A DNA stretch of 53,164 nt, counting the filler, from Catajapyx aquilonaris (Eukaryota), in NCBI GenBank assembly GCA_000934665.2. It is 2 parts of 2 records of this genome, joined end to end, with 100 filler letters (N's around TTAATTAATTAA, not from the genome) between each part and the next. Parts side by side here need not be neighbours in the genome. Positions count along the whole stretch, not along the records: positions 1 to 26,535 come from JYFJ02005190.1; positions 26,636 to 53,164 come from JYFJ02005191.1. The stretch is one strand, 5' to 3'. The translations under genes were made by a program, and so were the position numbers. The notes beneath the pieces are model-generated. The model was not told the DNA's origin and did not search any database. It was given only the letters and a program-made list of their open reading frames with translations. Positions 22,561-34,262 of this stretch are shown here, piece by piece (positions within the stretch are counted from its first letter, which is position 1; each line of letters opens with the position of its first letter).

Positions 22561-24072
22561 ACAAGGGAAGGTCACGGGGTGATAATGTCGGATCTTGATG
22601 AAATTGGACATGCTAATACAGGACAATATATGATGCCCAAAAATGAAATATTTCGTGCTGACGTCCATATTTGCGAAAGTTATGACGTCTTAAAGTTCCA
22701 AAAATAATACATTTTCATACTCCATGGGATTACATTAGCAACCACATATAATGACATTGAAGTGTGTAATCAGTTTCTAGACCTTTTCTCATTGGAAAAA
22801 AGTCCTACAGAACTGCTCTGGCCGTCCGTCCGTGCGTCCGTCAGTGGACAGGTATAAAGGCCTAAACCGTAAGAGATAGCGACAAACAGTTTTCATATTC
22901 GGATTGAGAGTGACCAAAATAGGTTTCTTGGTCAACTTCTGGTGACCCGCCACTTCCGGTCTTCCAGGTTCACTCTATCCGCACAAGTCTATACTTTAGT
23001 GAATGGTTCATACAGAAACACATATTGCAATGTGCACAACAAAAGAAGCTCATCTCATCACATTTAGCACACTTGCATTTTACCCACTTTCAGTTTTCTG
23101 CGCCAATGTTCGGTGAAATGATAAAATATGCATTTTACTCTTGTGGATACTTTTCAGAATCAAATGCACCATTCACCACACCAATCGAGTTCTGCTTTAA
23201 CAACTTATCAAGTGACAAGTGTGCTAAATGTGATGAGATGAGCTTCTTTTGTTGTGCACATTGCAATATGTGTTTCTGTATGAACCATTCACTAAAAAGT
23301 GAACTGCATATGTGTAAATAAATTGTGTATTTGGTACAATAAAAATATGGGAAAACCACGTGAGCGTGATTCGATGAGACCTTTTCTCATTCTTTCAGGG
23401 AGCATGTGAATCGATATATCGTAACCTAGGCAACATATCGATTCCAGTATCGGCTTGGGCGATAACATCATGGCGGCCGATGACGCTCATTTCAAACATG
23501 TCTAACGTCAGGAATAAATTCCACTGCCCCTGTGCCAGAGAGTCAGGTAAAACCCGGAGCAAATCCCCGAAAAACACGGTCAGGAATACACGGAAACTAA
23601 CTTCGAAATCCAACGATAACCCGCCCGTAAAGTATAGACTTGTGCGGATAGAGTGAACCCGGAAGACCGGAAGTGGCGGGTCCCCAGAAGTTGACCATGA
23701 AACCTATTTTGGTCACTCTCAATCCGAATATGAAAACCGTTTGTCGCTATCTCTTACGGTTTAGGCCTTTATACGTGTCCACAGACGGACGGACGGACGG
23801 CCAGAGCAGTTCTGTAGGACTTTTTTCCGACTTTTTTCCGATGAGAAAAGGTCTAGAAACTGATTACACACTTCAATGTCATTATATGTGGTCGCTAATG
23901 TAATCCCATGGAGTATGAAAATGTATTATTTTTGGAACTTTAAGACGTCATAACTTTTGCAAATATGGACGTCAGCACGAAATATTTCATTTTTGGGCAT
24001 CATATATTGTCCTGTATTAGCACGTCCAATTTCATCAAGATCCGACATTATCACCCCGTGACCTTCCCTTGT
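22561..24072. repeat. Compound inverted duplication (22561-22998 / 23628-24072 and 22995-23075 / 23216-23296)
   Basis: Outer arms of ~440 bp with scattered substitutions and (CCGT)n tracts; inner arms of 81 bp are perfect reverse complements. Confidence 0.92.
23080..23321 (+). mobile_element. C-terminal remnant of a pogo-like DDE transposase with Cys-rich tail
   Basis: QFSAPMF..MIKYAFYSCGY..FTTPIEFCF..CAKC..CAHC..CMNH. Confidence 0.55.
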
Positions 24073-24163
24073 TAGTATTAATGCCCTACACCTGTTAACA
24101 GAAAGACAGGTTAATATTAGGATAGAAAAGCTACATATTCCAACTTTAAGAAAATGTCCTGTA

Positions 24164-24169
24164 TTTATT
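24164..24169 (-). terminator. AATAAA poly(A) signal of RBFA
   Basis: TTTATT on +, about 40 nt past the RBFA stop. Confidence 0.5.
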
Positions 24170-24208
24170 GCTACAAGATATGAACACATGTATCAAAATC
24201 ACTGAAAT

Positions 24209-24874
24209 CTACCTGTAAAAGTCCTCCTCGTCAACATAATCTTCACTATTGTCCTCCATATCCAAATAATCACCATCTTCTTTATCCAAAAGAGTGATCT
24301 TATGTCTCCTTCTCTCCTCTGCTTCTTCTTGATTCAACTGTGACTCTGCCAGCTGCCCTGAAATCCTGTCGTCTCTAAGGCGTGCTGCCTTTGCCTTCCG
24401 CAAATATTGTGCAAAATCAGCTGCCCTTCTCCCTCCTTCCTGTGATGGCTCCTGAATTGTGGTGGGTTGGTCAGGAAGAGATGGACAGTCCCGATGCACT
24501 GCACGTCCTTTGTTCATGGCTTTCACCACTCTTTCCAAAATAACTGCCCGCTGCAGTCCCAAAATATCCGTTCTTAATTTTGGCAACTGCGGGTCATCTG
24601 CAACAGTAGATATATTCACTTCCTCTAATGTTGTCTCTTCAGGTCCCATGTCCGCCTTGGCCAGCAGGGCTTCCACCTGGGCACCTTTCCCCTGAGATTT
24701 GTCTCGTATGAATCGGATGGGTGGCACTACGCCTATGACCCTTAACTGGCTCAGTTCATGCCTCAGCGCAAAGCTGGCCTCCATTAGAAGCGATTCGAGT
24801 TCAGATTCAGGAGTGTCTGTTTTAGACGTGTACCAGAAAATGTTCACTGCGTTTATGTCCGGGGCTACTTTGAC
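24209..24874 (-). CDS. RBFA: Mitochondrial ribosome-binding factor A, last coding exon (upstream exons not found in window)
   Basis: Acceptor ctcctttcag| then VKVAPD..NIFW..LRHELSQLRVIGVVPPIRFIRDK..VEALLAKADMGP, the metazoan RBFA signature; acidic tail and TAG. Confidence 0.88.
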   Translation of the reverse strand, partial: VKVAPDINAVNIFWYTSKTDTPESELESLLMEASFALRHELSQLRVIGVVPPIRFIRDKSQGKGAQVEALLAKADMGPEETTLEEVNISTVADDPQLPKLRTDILGLQRAVILERVVKAMNKGRAVHRDCPSLPDQPTTIQEPSQEGGRRAADFAQYLRKAKAARLRDDRISGQLAESQLNQEEAEERRRHKITLLDKEDGDYLDMEDNSEDYVDEEDFYR

Positions 24875-26535
24875 CTGAAAGGAGAGAAGCAAAATAAGGG
24901 TCACAACAGGAATGTAAAACATATCACTTGACATGTGGAAAAAAGTAATAGTAAATATTTGCTCAAGATACAAATTTAGTACAGGTAGCCCCAGTTTATG
25001 AACGACTCGACTTATGGCGATCCGTACTTACGAACAGGCTCCCAAGGCTCCACGGACGGAAAATTTATAATTATTCCTCCACTTTTAATCACTTCTGCAT
25101 ACGTAGACAGACACCCAGTGCTGTCGTGGCGGGGGTATGTGGGTATACAACGTATACCCAGTTGAGAAAACTCATAAAGTGAGCCTATATGCGGGTATAC
25201 GATGCGTATACCTTACACCCTGCAAGGCTCTCAATAAGGCTGATTTCGTATATCCTCTAAAATAAAAATTAGAAAGAAATTTGACTCAACCAGCAACTAG
25301 AATTTTCGGCAAAGCGGGGAAAAGGAGGTGGGGGGTATCCCTCTTAACATGGGTCCTCCTGGTGTGGTTGGGATGGGTCTTCCGTCCTCCAGATGCGTCC
25401 CATTTGGAGAAACTGAGGCCTGCTAGAGGAAGGCAGTTGTGGGCTAATTGATGGAGTCTGCTAAAGCAGGCAGGTCAAAAGATTGGGTCGGAGACTTTTT
25501 TGCCTAGCTGTGACACTTGACAAATTAGGGTACTACTTCCTGTTTTTAATGGCTCAAAACAGCTCTGCTGGTAAAATAAAGGGAAAAAAGGGTCAGTTGA
25601 GGTTTGAACACTCGACATATCGTTTCGGATCACTGTTGTCTACAAAAGTGCAGTGAAAAAAAGAGAGAAAAACGGTGTGGCAGCGAGTGACAGTCAGTAG
25701 GCCTGCTCCATCCTTTCATGTTGTTTTATCCCTTATTGCATGAGTACAGCTCAGTGGTTCCCAAACTGTGCTCCGCAAAGCCTCTCCCATGTTCTCCATG
25801 AAGATATTTGAAAGGAAAATAACATTAATGTGACAAGAAAAGTCAAAATCTACAGACAGCTTCGCAATGGGTACAGAATTTAGAGAAGAATCAGATTCTG
25901 ACATACTCGTACCTCGAGCTATCATGAAGTAGGTTCATGTTCATCTGCCACGTTTACTTGATAGTTTCGACTGTTACTTTCTGGAATAACTTCATGAAAA
26001 AAGCTTCTGTGACCCTGAACCACAAGAAATTTTTTGCATGCGGCGGGCTCTTTCCCTCTTTACTTACGCTGCAATATTATTCAACCCTTATCTACACCCT
26101 GCCGAATTTTTCCCTCGGGTGCAAACACTACAAAGAGGATTTGCACCTCGAGCGCATACCCTGCCAAAAAATTTCCGCGACACCACTGCCGACACCTACA
26201 GTAGTTCAACACAAGTACTGCATAATCAATAACTAATTGGGTAACTACGTTCTACATGCATATAAACAGACACACATGACGTTAGTGTTTCATTGGAGCA
26301 AAATCTTTATGCTGTATACAGGGTGTCCTTACTAGTCGCCCTTCCATCCGGCAGTGCACTCATTGGTCCAAAACAAGTCGTAAATGTAGGGAGGAGAAAT
26401 GTCGAGGCAGTAACCGGTAACGAGATAAACAATGATCAAGATGAGGTCGCCCCTAAGACAATCGCGGCCACCCACCCACCGGCTTTTGTGCGGGAGGAGC
26501 GGCAATCGGTTTGACTCCCTCAAGTGTAGGGGTTG

Positions 26536-26635
26536 NNNNNNNNNNNNNNNNNNNNNNNNNNNNNNNNNNNNNNNNNNNNTTAATTAATTAANNNNNNNNN
26601 NNNNNNNNNNNNNNNNNNNNNNNNNNNNNNNNNNN
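26536..26635. other. Artificial assembly spacer (N44-TTAATTAATTAA-N44)
   Basis: Exactly 100 nt, with a six-frame stop linker in the middle. Confidence 0.95.
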
Positions 26636-26918
26636 TAACCTTGCCTACGTTACAACTCGAGAACGACTTGCAGAGGTTTGGATGTTACATCACGTGACTT
26701 GGGAGTCCATTTTGAATCCAAACTTCACAGTAGGAGTGATAGTAATGAAAACCAATATTTATCATTTTAACTCCTGGTGGTCCTTTTAAATGCAATTAAT
26801 TTAAATTTTAATGTCACTATAACACTGTTACTCTCTTCTGACGCCACGGGATGGGGTATGTTTAGCTCACGCTGGGAGGCGGAACAGTACTATTAATACT
26901 ATCTCTCACATTTCACAG

Positions 26919-27588
26919 CCGTTGACGACAAAAAAAAATATGTACGTCGTGGGTGGATTGGTGTGTGCCTCCGCATTGGCTCACGATGGCTTCACTGCCA
27001 ATTTTTGGTCTGACTTATTTTTTCATTTAGTCGCATACGGAAGCCCTCGGCGGGCTCTAACGTCAAGCGATATATCAGACCCGACCGAACGGGATTTGGT
27101 AACACAGGTATGTAAATAATTATACCATAACCAAGACTATACACCAGCATAATGCCTTGTCACTAGCTGTTTTGTAAGCATGTCTTCATTCAATATTGTA
27201 TTCCCTTGTTACAGATTGAAATGTCCCCATCTATTCTGGATAGCCCCCCCCCGATGACCTAATGACGATTTTGGCAGCTACTGGGTACAAGAGCCTTGTG
27301 ACACCAGATTGTACCATGGATCACCAACTTTTATTGCGTCCATAGAATCGGCAGATGCCTAGATGATTTCTGCAAGGGGCTGGAAAGGATAGGAGTGCAT
27401 GAATTGATCAAGAAGTACCCCGAGCAGCTGAGACCTGTATTCTGTGGGAGAAAGGCAGCAGCTCTCAGCGCCCGAAAGCTTTCGGTCTTGTTCAAACCTA
27501 ATTTCACGTCACCAGAGGGCAGCAACCAACGGAGTGAGCAAGTGCGAGCACTGCACTTCTTCCGGACGTTTCTGGAAGAATGCGAAGG
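26919..27588 (+). pseudogene. G2E3-like HECT E3 ligase fragment (spliced remnant)
   Basis: YVVGGLVCASALAHDG..NFWSDLFFHLVAYG..DISD..Q|gtatgt, then LDDFCKGLERIGVHELIKKYP..PVF..LFKPNF.SPEGSNQR..FFRTFLEECE|gtaaa; the segment between is disrupted. Confidence 0.65.
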
Positions 27589-29109
27589 TAAATTAATCAG
27601 TGGAGAGCAGGGCGATGAAGTTCAGATATGCCACATTTACTCGAATCTAAGGTCATCTTTTTGACTTTTAAAAATACCAATAAATGCTGCATAATAGAAT
27701 CAGGTAGGCCTTACAAAGCATTCTGTGTGGGTGGGTGTGGGCGGGCATTGCTATTGTCACCGTTTCGTTCTTCATATATCTATTCATATGTCATCTATTG
27801 CATCATCATGCTGATTCTTTTTAACGCTTGATGAATCCTCACTTTTGTATTCTTATCTGTTTTCCCAGCAGGCTTTGAGCCTCCTGGCTACCTATATTAA
27901 ACCGGCGCAACCCGCTCCTTGAGGCCTTTATCTCTCAGGAGAATATCCTGGAGGAACTGGTCATTCTTCCCTCTCTCTCTCATCATACTGTTCCACCATT
28001 CCTTCAGCATGTATCATTTTACAATGACCATTAAAAGAGGTGTTGAAAGCATCCTACCATCTTTACTTTACCGCTCGGTCACAAGGGCATTATAAGCATG
28101 TGGACAGCAGAAAACTAATAAAATAATACTCATCAATGAGACACACTCTTCCCTTTTCTCCCCTTGTCCTAAATACATTTATTGTTCATATTTCAGCGCA
28201 ATTATATTATCTTTTACGGCGAATATACATCAAGAAATTTGAAGAAAGCCGCAACATTCACTACCATTAATGAAAGGTGTCAGTTATTTACTTGCGGTTC
28301 CGTGCCGAGAAAGTCAAAAAATATGTCAACATTCTACACATTATTTTTTTTGAGTATGTTTTCTTTCTTTCTAATTCCTCATTAAGATAGGCAATGGAAA
28401 GTTAACATTACAAGTCCTATTTCTGCCTCCATATGTTACCTTTCTTTTAGTTTTGGTCTAGAAAGACTACGAAAAGGTGATAATTCCGACCATTGCTCCC
28501 ACAGGAAAGGACGCCTTTCTTTTTTTAAGCAGTGAGAAAATGTGTAGAAATAGAGCGCTTTACTAGCTCGAAAATCTAATGGATATGCAAGGGAAAGGTC
28601 TGCCCGGGGAGTGTTAGGAAATATGAAAAAATGTATAGTAATGTCATTGCCAGGCTTTCGAATTTTTGAACACCTGAAAGGCTAGCGGCAGTGCACAGGC
28701 TGTTACCATGGGAGTTAAGAATGTTGCAGTCAGAATGTTTGGATGTCACACTGCCTCGTAAAGTGTACCACAGCAGAAGGACATTGTTGATAACAGAGTG
28801 GACAATATATCATCACTAACTTATGATATAGGATTTATTGAGAAGCCCTGTGATTCAAGCTCGAGCAGACAGCACGTTCTTTTTGGGCGCTTCCAGCAAC
28901 CAAGGTCGACTACCTACTGCATCAAATTGGGCACGTCGGGCGCTTGGGATAAAGCCCCTTTGAGTGTTTGTAGTGAGCACCCAAGCGCCCTACCCATAAT
29001 AAAGGTGAGCGGTGACAGTCCAGTCCATTGAGTCGGGTGTGATTTAATTACTGGAGGTCAACACGAATTTGGACCTTGTTTGATACCGTCCTATTCCGAG
29101 CGGCACAAT

Positions 29110-29510
29110 GGCCTTCAAATTCAAGAATCCAGTATTCAATGCCTGCGGGAGGAAGTTGGTGAGCTGGCCTTGAAGGTGCGCGACCTGGAAGACAGATCAA
29201 GACGCTCAAACGTCGTGTTCCATGGGATCGAAGAGTTACCAAGGGAGTATTTTGCATCGTTGACGGCCAAGATTCATGAAGTGTGTAAGAACCATGGCTG
29301 GTTCACGGATGACTATATGCCAGTGATTGAAAGGGCACATAGATTAGGCCCGATCAAGGGTGGTCAAAATGCAAACCAGGGGCGTCCAACGCAAATTATT
29401 GGATTATAGGGATAGAGTCTATCTTTGGGGCATGATTAGGGCCAAACCGGCCAAGGAGGTTAAAGTATCATTGGACTATTCTTGGCAAACTCGGCAAATA
29501 CAGGCAAAGT
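29110..29510 (+). mobile_element. LINE (CR1/L2/L1-type) ORF1 remnant
   Basis: KVRDLEDRSRRSNVVFHGIEE..IERAHRLG..RPTQII, frameshift, then LLDYRDR. Confidence 0.8.
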
Positions 29511-29513
29511 TGT

Positions 29514-31654
29514 TATGTAGGACCTTTGCCGGATGTGACTATGTACGATGCCGACGGTATGAGTGTGAAAGAAAGGGAGAAGTTCCTGTCGTGGCATGCC
29601 TGCGAGAAGGAGAAGCTGGGAGATTCAGGTTACGTTCTCAAGGACCAGCTAATTGACTACTGTGCATCCGATGTCTCTATTTTGAAATCTGCTTGCTTGG
29701 AATTTAGAGAAATATTTCTCTCCGAAAACGGAATCGACCCTTTACTGGAAGCTATCACCCTCCCCCAAGCATGTCACCTGACATTTAGACGCAACATGAT
29801 GCCGAAAGACACAATAGGTGTATTTCCTGCAGCCGGATACAGGAGGGATAAACAGTCTGGGATAGCTTTAAAATTGTTGCACTGGGTAGATCACAAGCTG
29901 CAGCAGGATAACGGGCAGGCTCTGATATCTAATGTAGAGAATCCAGGTGAAAAGGTAGCATTAACTTTCCAAGGGAATGGATCTGAAGTACGTGTAGGGA
30001 ACTACAAGGTCGACGGGTACTACAGAGTAGGTGACGTTACGCATATCTACGAGTTTTACTGGTGTTACTATCATGGCTGTCCTATATGCTTTTCCAGTCG
30101 GAGGACCCCTCTGGATGAAGACCCATATTCCACCATGGATATTAGATATCAACGCACCATGCAAAGGGAGGTAGTCATTAAGCAGCGAGGGAGTGTTGAA
30201 TTACATGTGATGTGGTAATGTAAGTTCAGACCTTGACATCCGAGCTTTTATTTCGACTCTCCCGTCCAATATGGAGGCGATCAATCCTAGAGACAGCCTT
30301 ATGGGGTGGCGGACTGAAGCCTACAAGTTATACTTTAAGCCCGAAGAAGGAGAGAGAGTGGATTATGCCGATGTAACTAGCCTGTACCCGTGGGTGTGTA
30401 AATACGGAGTGTTCCCTGTAGGCCATCCTGAAGTTATTACCAGGGACTTCCCTTCTCTAAGTACACGGGGTGGTGAAGTGTCGAGTACACTACCGCCAAC
30501 TACTCTTGACAAACCAGTGCTCGGCTGTAAGATAGGGGGAAAGTTGATTTTCACTTTGTGCATGAAGTGTGCTGAAAGCTCTAATCAAACATGCCCTTGC
30601 ACTCATTCCGATAGCGAGAGAGAGCTAGTTGGAACTTGGATAACGTTAGAGCTACGCAAGGCTGAAGCGATGGGTTACAAAATTACAGAGTTTTTCGAGG
30701 TTTGGAAATACAGAGTAACTCAGTATAATGCCAGCACCGGGGATCCGGGTCTTTTTGCGCCATACATTAATACTTTTCTCAAAATGAAACAGGAGAGCTC
30801 CGGGTGGCCAAAATGGTGTAACAGTGAGGAGGATAAAGCCAAATACATTTCTGATTACCAGGCTCGGGAGGGGGTGACACTCGACTATGCCAAGATTTGC
30901 AATAACCCCGGTTTGAGAGCACTTGATAAACTAATGTTAAATAGTTTTTGGGGGAGGTATGCTCTGCATCCCGGCAAGCCGCAGACTAGAGTTGTGCACT
31001 CGGCTCAACAATTATGGGAGACTCTCCTGGATCCGGGATGCCAAGTATCATCGGTTTTGCCAGTTGGTGAGGAGACGTTGTATGTAACGAGCAAGCCGTT
31101 AGATGATGTACCTTTATGTCACCCCACAACCAATGTAATTCTAGGTTCTTTCACCACTGCCCAGGCGCGCTTGAAATTGTACGAGTATTTAGAGGAGCTG
31201 CAAGACCGCACGCTGTATTGCGATACTGATTCAGTGATTTATGTTACACGGCCTGGTGATAAACCTCTCCCGACAGGCGATTAACTAGGAGAATTAACCA
31301 ATGAGCTTGAGAGTAGTGGACCCGGGGCCTCCATAACGTTATTCTGTTCAGGGGGACCTAAGAATTATGGCTACGCTGTGAAAAACGACGATGGTATAGA
31401 GTCAGTCTACCTGAAGGCCAAGGGGATTAGACAAAATTATAGAACCTCGCAGCTAGTCAACCTCGAGACCTTAAAACAAATGGTGCTAGGAGAGGGCCCA
31501 TCATCATGCCAAATTAACGACCCCCGAAAAATTGAAAGGCTACAGGATCATACAGTAGTGGGGAGGGCGGTGAAAAAAGACCTACCAAATCGTGAACGAT
31601 AAAAGAGTTCGGCATGGGAATGACTCGCGACCTTACGGATATAAAGGGGGATAG
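29514..31654 (+). mobile_element. polB: Polinton/Maverick (adintovirus-like) protein-primed family B DNA polymerase, pseudogenised and 5'-truncated
   Basis: YCASDV, KVDGY..YEFY.CYYHGC, DVTSLYP, KLMLNSFWG, YCDTDS, GPKNY, KAKGI, DKR..PYGY; stops at 30216 and 31282 plus frameshifts. Confidence 0.93.
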
Positions 31655-32319
31655 CATAGATCGGAGTGAAAGTAGGAGGTACACAAAAAGATGACAGGCG
31701 TATTTACACAAGCAAAAAACACACCAGGCGACGGCGGGTTCGGGCGGTCTGGGGTTCACTTCGGCCGTCCGACACGCGGTAGAGTAGGGCCTGCATGCTT
31801 TATCGTTGACAGCTAGCCGGGAATTAGGTGGAGAAGGGCGGGAGTGAAGTTCGCTAGGCTAGGTTGCCCGGCGGAGACAGGAGTGCTGGCGGGACCTGTG
31901 AATGTGGCGAGGTGGTGACGGTCTGTCGGGTGGGGCTCTTGAGGAGTCGCAAAGAGTCTCCGAAATGCTAGGGTTGAATAAATTTTATGAGAGATTTCTT
32001 ATTATCCAGATCCTTCTTTTTTGCAGAGAAGACAAGTTATATCATGTTTGAGACAAGCTGAGATAACCTCCCACGTCACCACCAGCCTCACCCCCTTAGT
32101 CATTATCCACTACTCATTCTCACAAAGTAGCCTTTCAGACAAGATTCAGCAGGAATGCAACCCCTGAGAAAATGACGTAGTGAAATCCCATTCGTCCACG
32201 ACACGACCCTCCCCTCTCTCCTCACAAACGTCATCCCCCACAAACACTCCCTCTCACTCCCCTACACCCAAAATGCATTTAATTCTGTCAAGGAACCTCC
32301 TTCAGAGCACAGCAGGGCT

Positions 32320-32838
32320 ATGGAACCCAACAGCGATCGAGTGGTCATCACCTACCACTACGAGGCCATGAGCAACGTGGAGCGCGCCTTTTACTTTGGA
32401 GGTCAAGTTTTTAGGCCAGGTGATGCTTGGCCTGGTGTGAAGAACGAGGGAGGCTGCAGAGCGATCCATTTTTGTGCCACCACGGGAGCCCTCTCCACCG
32501 TCATGCATATGGCGCGGGCCAGGATAGTGGAAGCTGTCATCCAGGAGGTGGATATCAACCACGCTCTTTCGGCACTCCACGGTCACTACGACATGATGAC
32601 CTGCTGCCCCGGCTTTGCGAGGGGCCACTTCAACCAAATATTCTTCCCTGAAGTGTGGAACATTACACCTTTTTGTGACAAGTGTGGGCAGCATTCCAGT
32701 GCAACGCTGTTCGCGCGCTTCAGGGCCAAGGTATTCGGATGGAGTCTTCCTGAACCCAATCAAGACGACATAGACACGGAGATGGCACTTGATCCATCAC
32801 TCAGTGGGGAAGATGATGGCTGCTTTACAAACGGTTGA
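32320..32838 (+). CDS. Uncharacterised 172-aa Cys/His-containing protein inside the Polinton segment
   Basis: Intact ATG-to-TGA ORF with good start context (GCTATGG), located between polB and the ATPase; no family recognised. Confidence 0.5.
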   Translation: MEPNSDRVVITYHYEAMSNVERAFYFGGQVFRPGDAWPGVKNEGGCRAIHFCATTGALSTVMHMARARIVEAVIQEVDINHALSALHGHYDMMTCCPGFARGHFNQIFFPEVWNITPFCDKCGQHSSATLFARFRAKVFGWSLPEPNQDDIDTEMALDPSLSGEDDGCFTNG

Positions 32839-32979
32839 AGTGGAGTGTTACTTTTATTTTTCAAATCCGATGATGATTACGTGGTCGTGGGACTATACGG
32901 TCCTAGTTCTACTCTGAGGTTTTCATATATAACTATTTGTATTTGTGTAAAGTTAGTGCAATACAGTTTGTGTTCAGCC

Positions 32980-33235
32980 ATGGACGAGTACGCGTCTTCT
33001 TCCGTCTCCTTCCAGCATCCATTCACAGCAACTGCATCAGGACCAACCGGCAGTGGAAAATCCATATCTGTTGAAAACCTGCTACGCGAAGGGGACCAGC
33101 TTCTCAATTTAAAATTTGTGAGTATAATATGGTGTTATGGGGAATGGCAACAGGGCTATGGTCGCATGCAGCGTCAGTTGGGTGTAACATTTCACGAGGG
33201 GGTGGTCGATACGAAAGGTTTTGATGGCCCTGTTC
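32980..33235 (+). mobile_element. Polinton packaging ATPase (A32/FtsK-like), 3'-truncated
   Basis: FQHPFT..SGPTGSGKS (Walker A)..IIWCYGEWQ..Y..FHEG; TATATAA at ~32925; similarity lost before Walker B. Confidence 0.88.
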
Positions 33236-33857
33236 CTCAACAACCATGCAAGGAGGTGCGGAAAGACAGCATTGGACACTGGCCAGAATTTTCGGAAAAA
33301 AAAGGGTCGTTGCCGAATGCCAGGTTGCACCTAAAGTTGTGTGCGAAAAATGTAATATACACCATACTGTTTCACTCCCTCTTCCAATTGTTTCAAAATG
33401 TATCATGTGTAAATAAAACAAATGACATGTCCGTCTGTTTCATGGATTCTTCCCCTCACATGTCAAATGATAAGTGAATGTGCTGAGAAGCGTATACCGT
33501 AGGAATACCTGAAGAAGAAGTGTGTCGCGGACATTCCGAATCTCCTACAGATATTGGTAGAAAACTATAGTACTGAAGTGGAATTTCAACGTTACAGACA
33601 AATTCTACAATTATAATTTACACAAAAAACCTTATTTCATGAAAATTGAATAATATTTGAGCAATTTATGACATTTCTAGTAGAGTTACTTTCCACACAC
33701 CCTATAGTAGCAGTATGCAGAGAACGCGCAGCGTTGCCTGGGGGCAGCAGCTGGAGACAGTTGGTGCAGACGACGATGCTGACCCACCCTCCACACGGGG
33801 TCCCTGACGCTGACATGTAGCGCCATTACCGACGACACCTGGTGCGCAACAGTAGCA

Positions 33858-34255
33858 GTGGGGACCACACCCTTCAGCTTTAAACTGGACACAGGCGCAC
33901 AAGCAAACATCATACCCGCTGACATGTTGAGGAGGATGTGCCCCCAGCTCAAGTTACAACCCACCAAGGTTAACCTCAAAGCTTACAACAATGCAGACAC
34001 CGCCCTGGCCGGCATATGTACTCTCCCCTGCACATATGGGCGGGTGACCGAAGACCTCCAGTTCCTCATCACGGTGGACAAGCTGGACCCTGTTCTAGGA
34101 CTGCATGCTTGCTCCAAGGTGTTTGGTATGGTCAGCAAGAGGGATGGTAAGAAGACTCCACCGGGGACATATGTAACCGTACACGCGTCGCAGAGGGACG
34201 ACCCACATCAAGTCATACGAGCCTACCAAGACGTGTTTGACGGCCTAGGAGCACT
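33858..34255 (+). mobile_element. Ty3/Gypsy aspartic protease fragment
   Basis: FKLDTGAQANII..LKAYN..PVLGLHAC..YQDVFDGLG. Confidence 0.88.
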
Positions 34256-34262
34256 ACTCCCG

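Noticed and set aside
24875..24973. Hydrophobic N-terminal extension of the RBFA ORF
   Set aside because: Translation of the intron pyrimidine tract upstream of the acceptor
33236..33477. C-terminal part of the 210-aa ATPase ORF
   Set aside because: No Walker B; read-through into unrelated sequence after truncation
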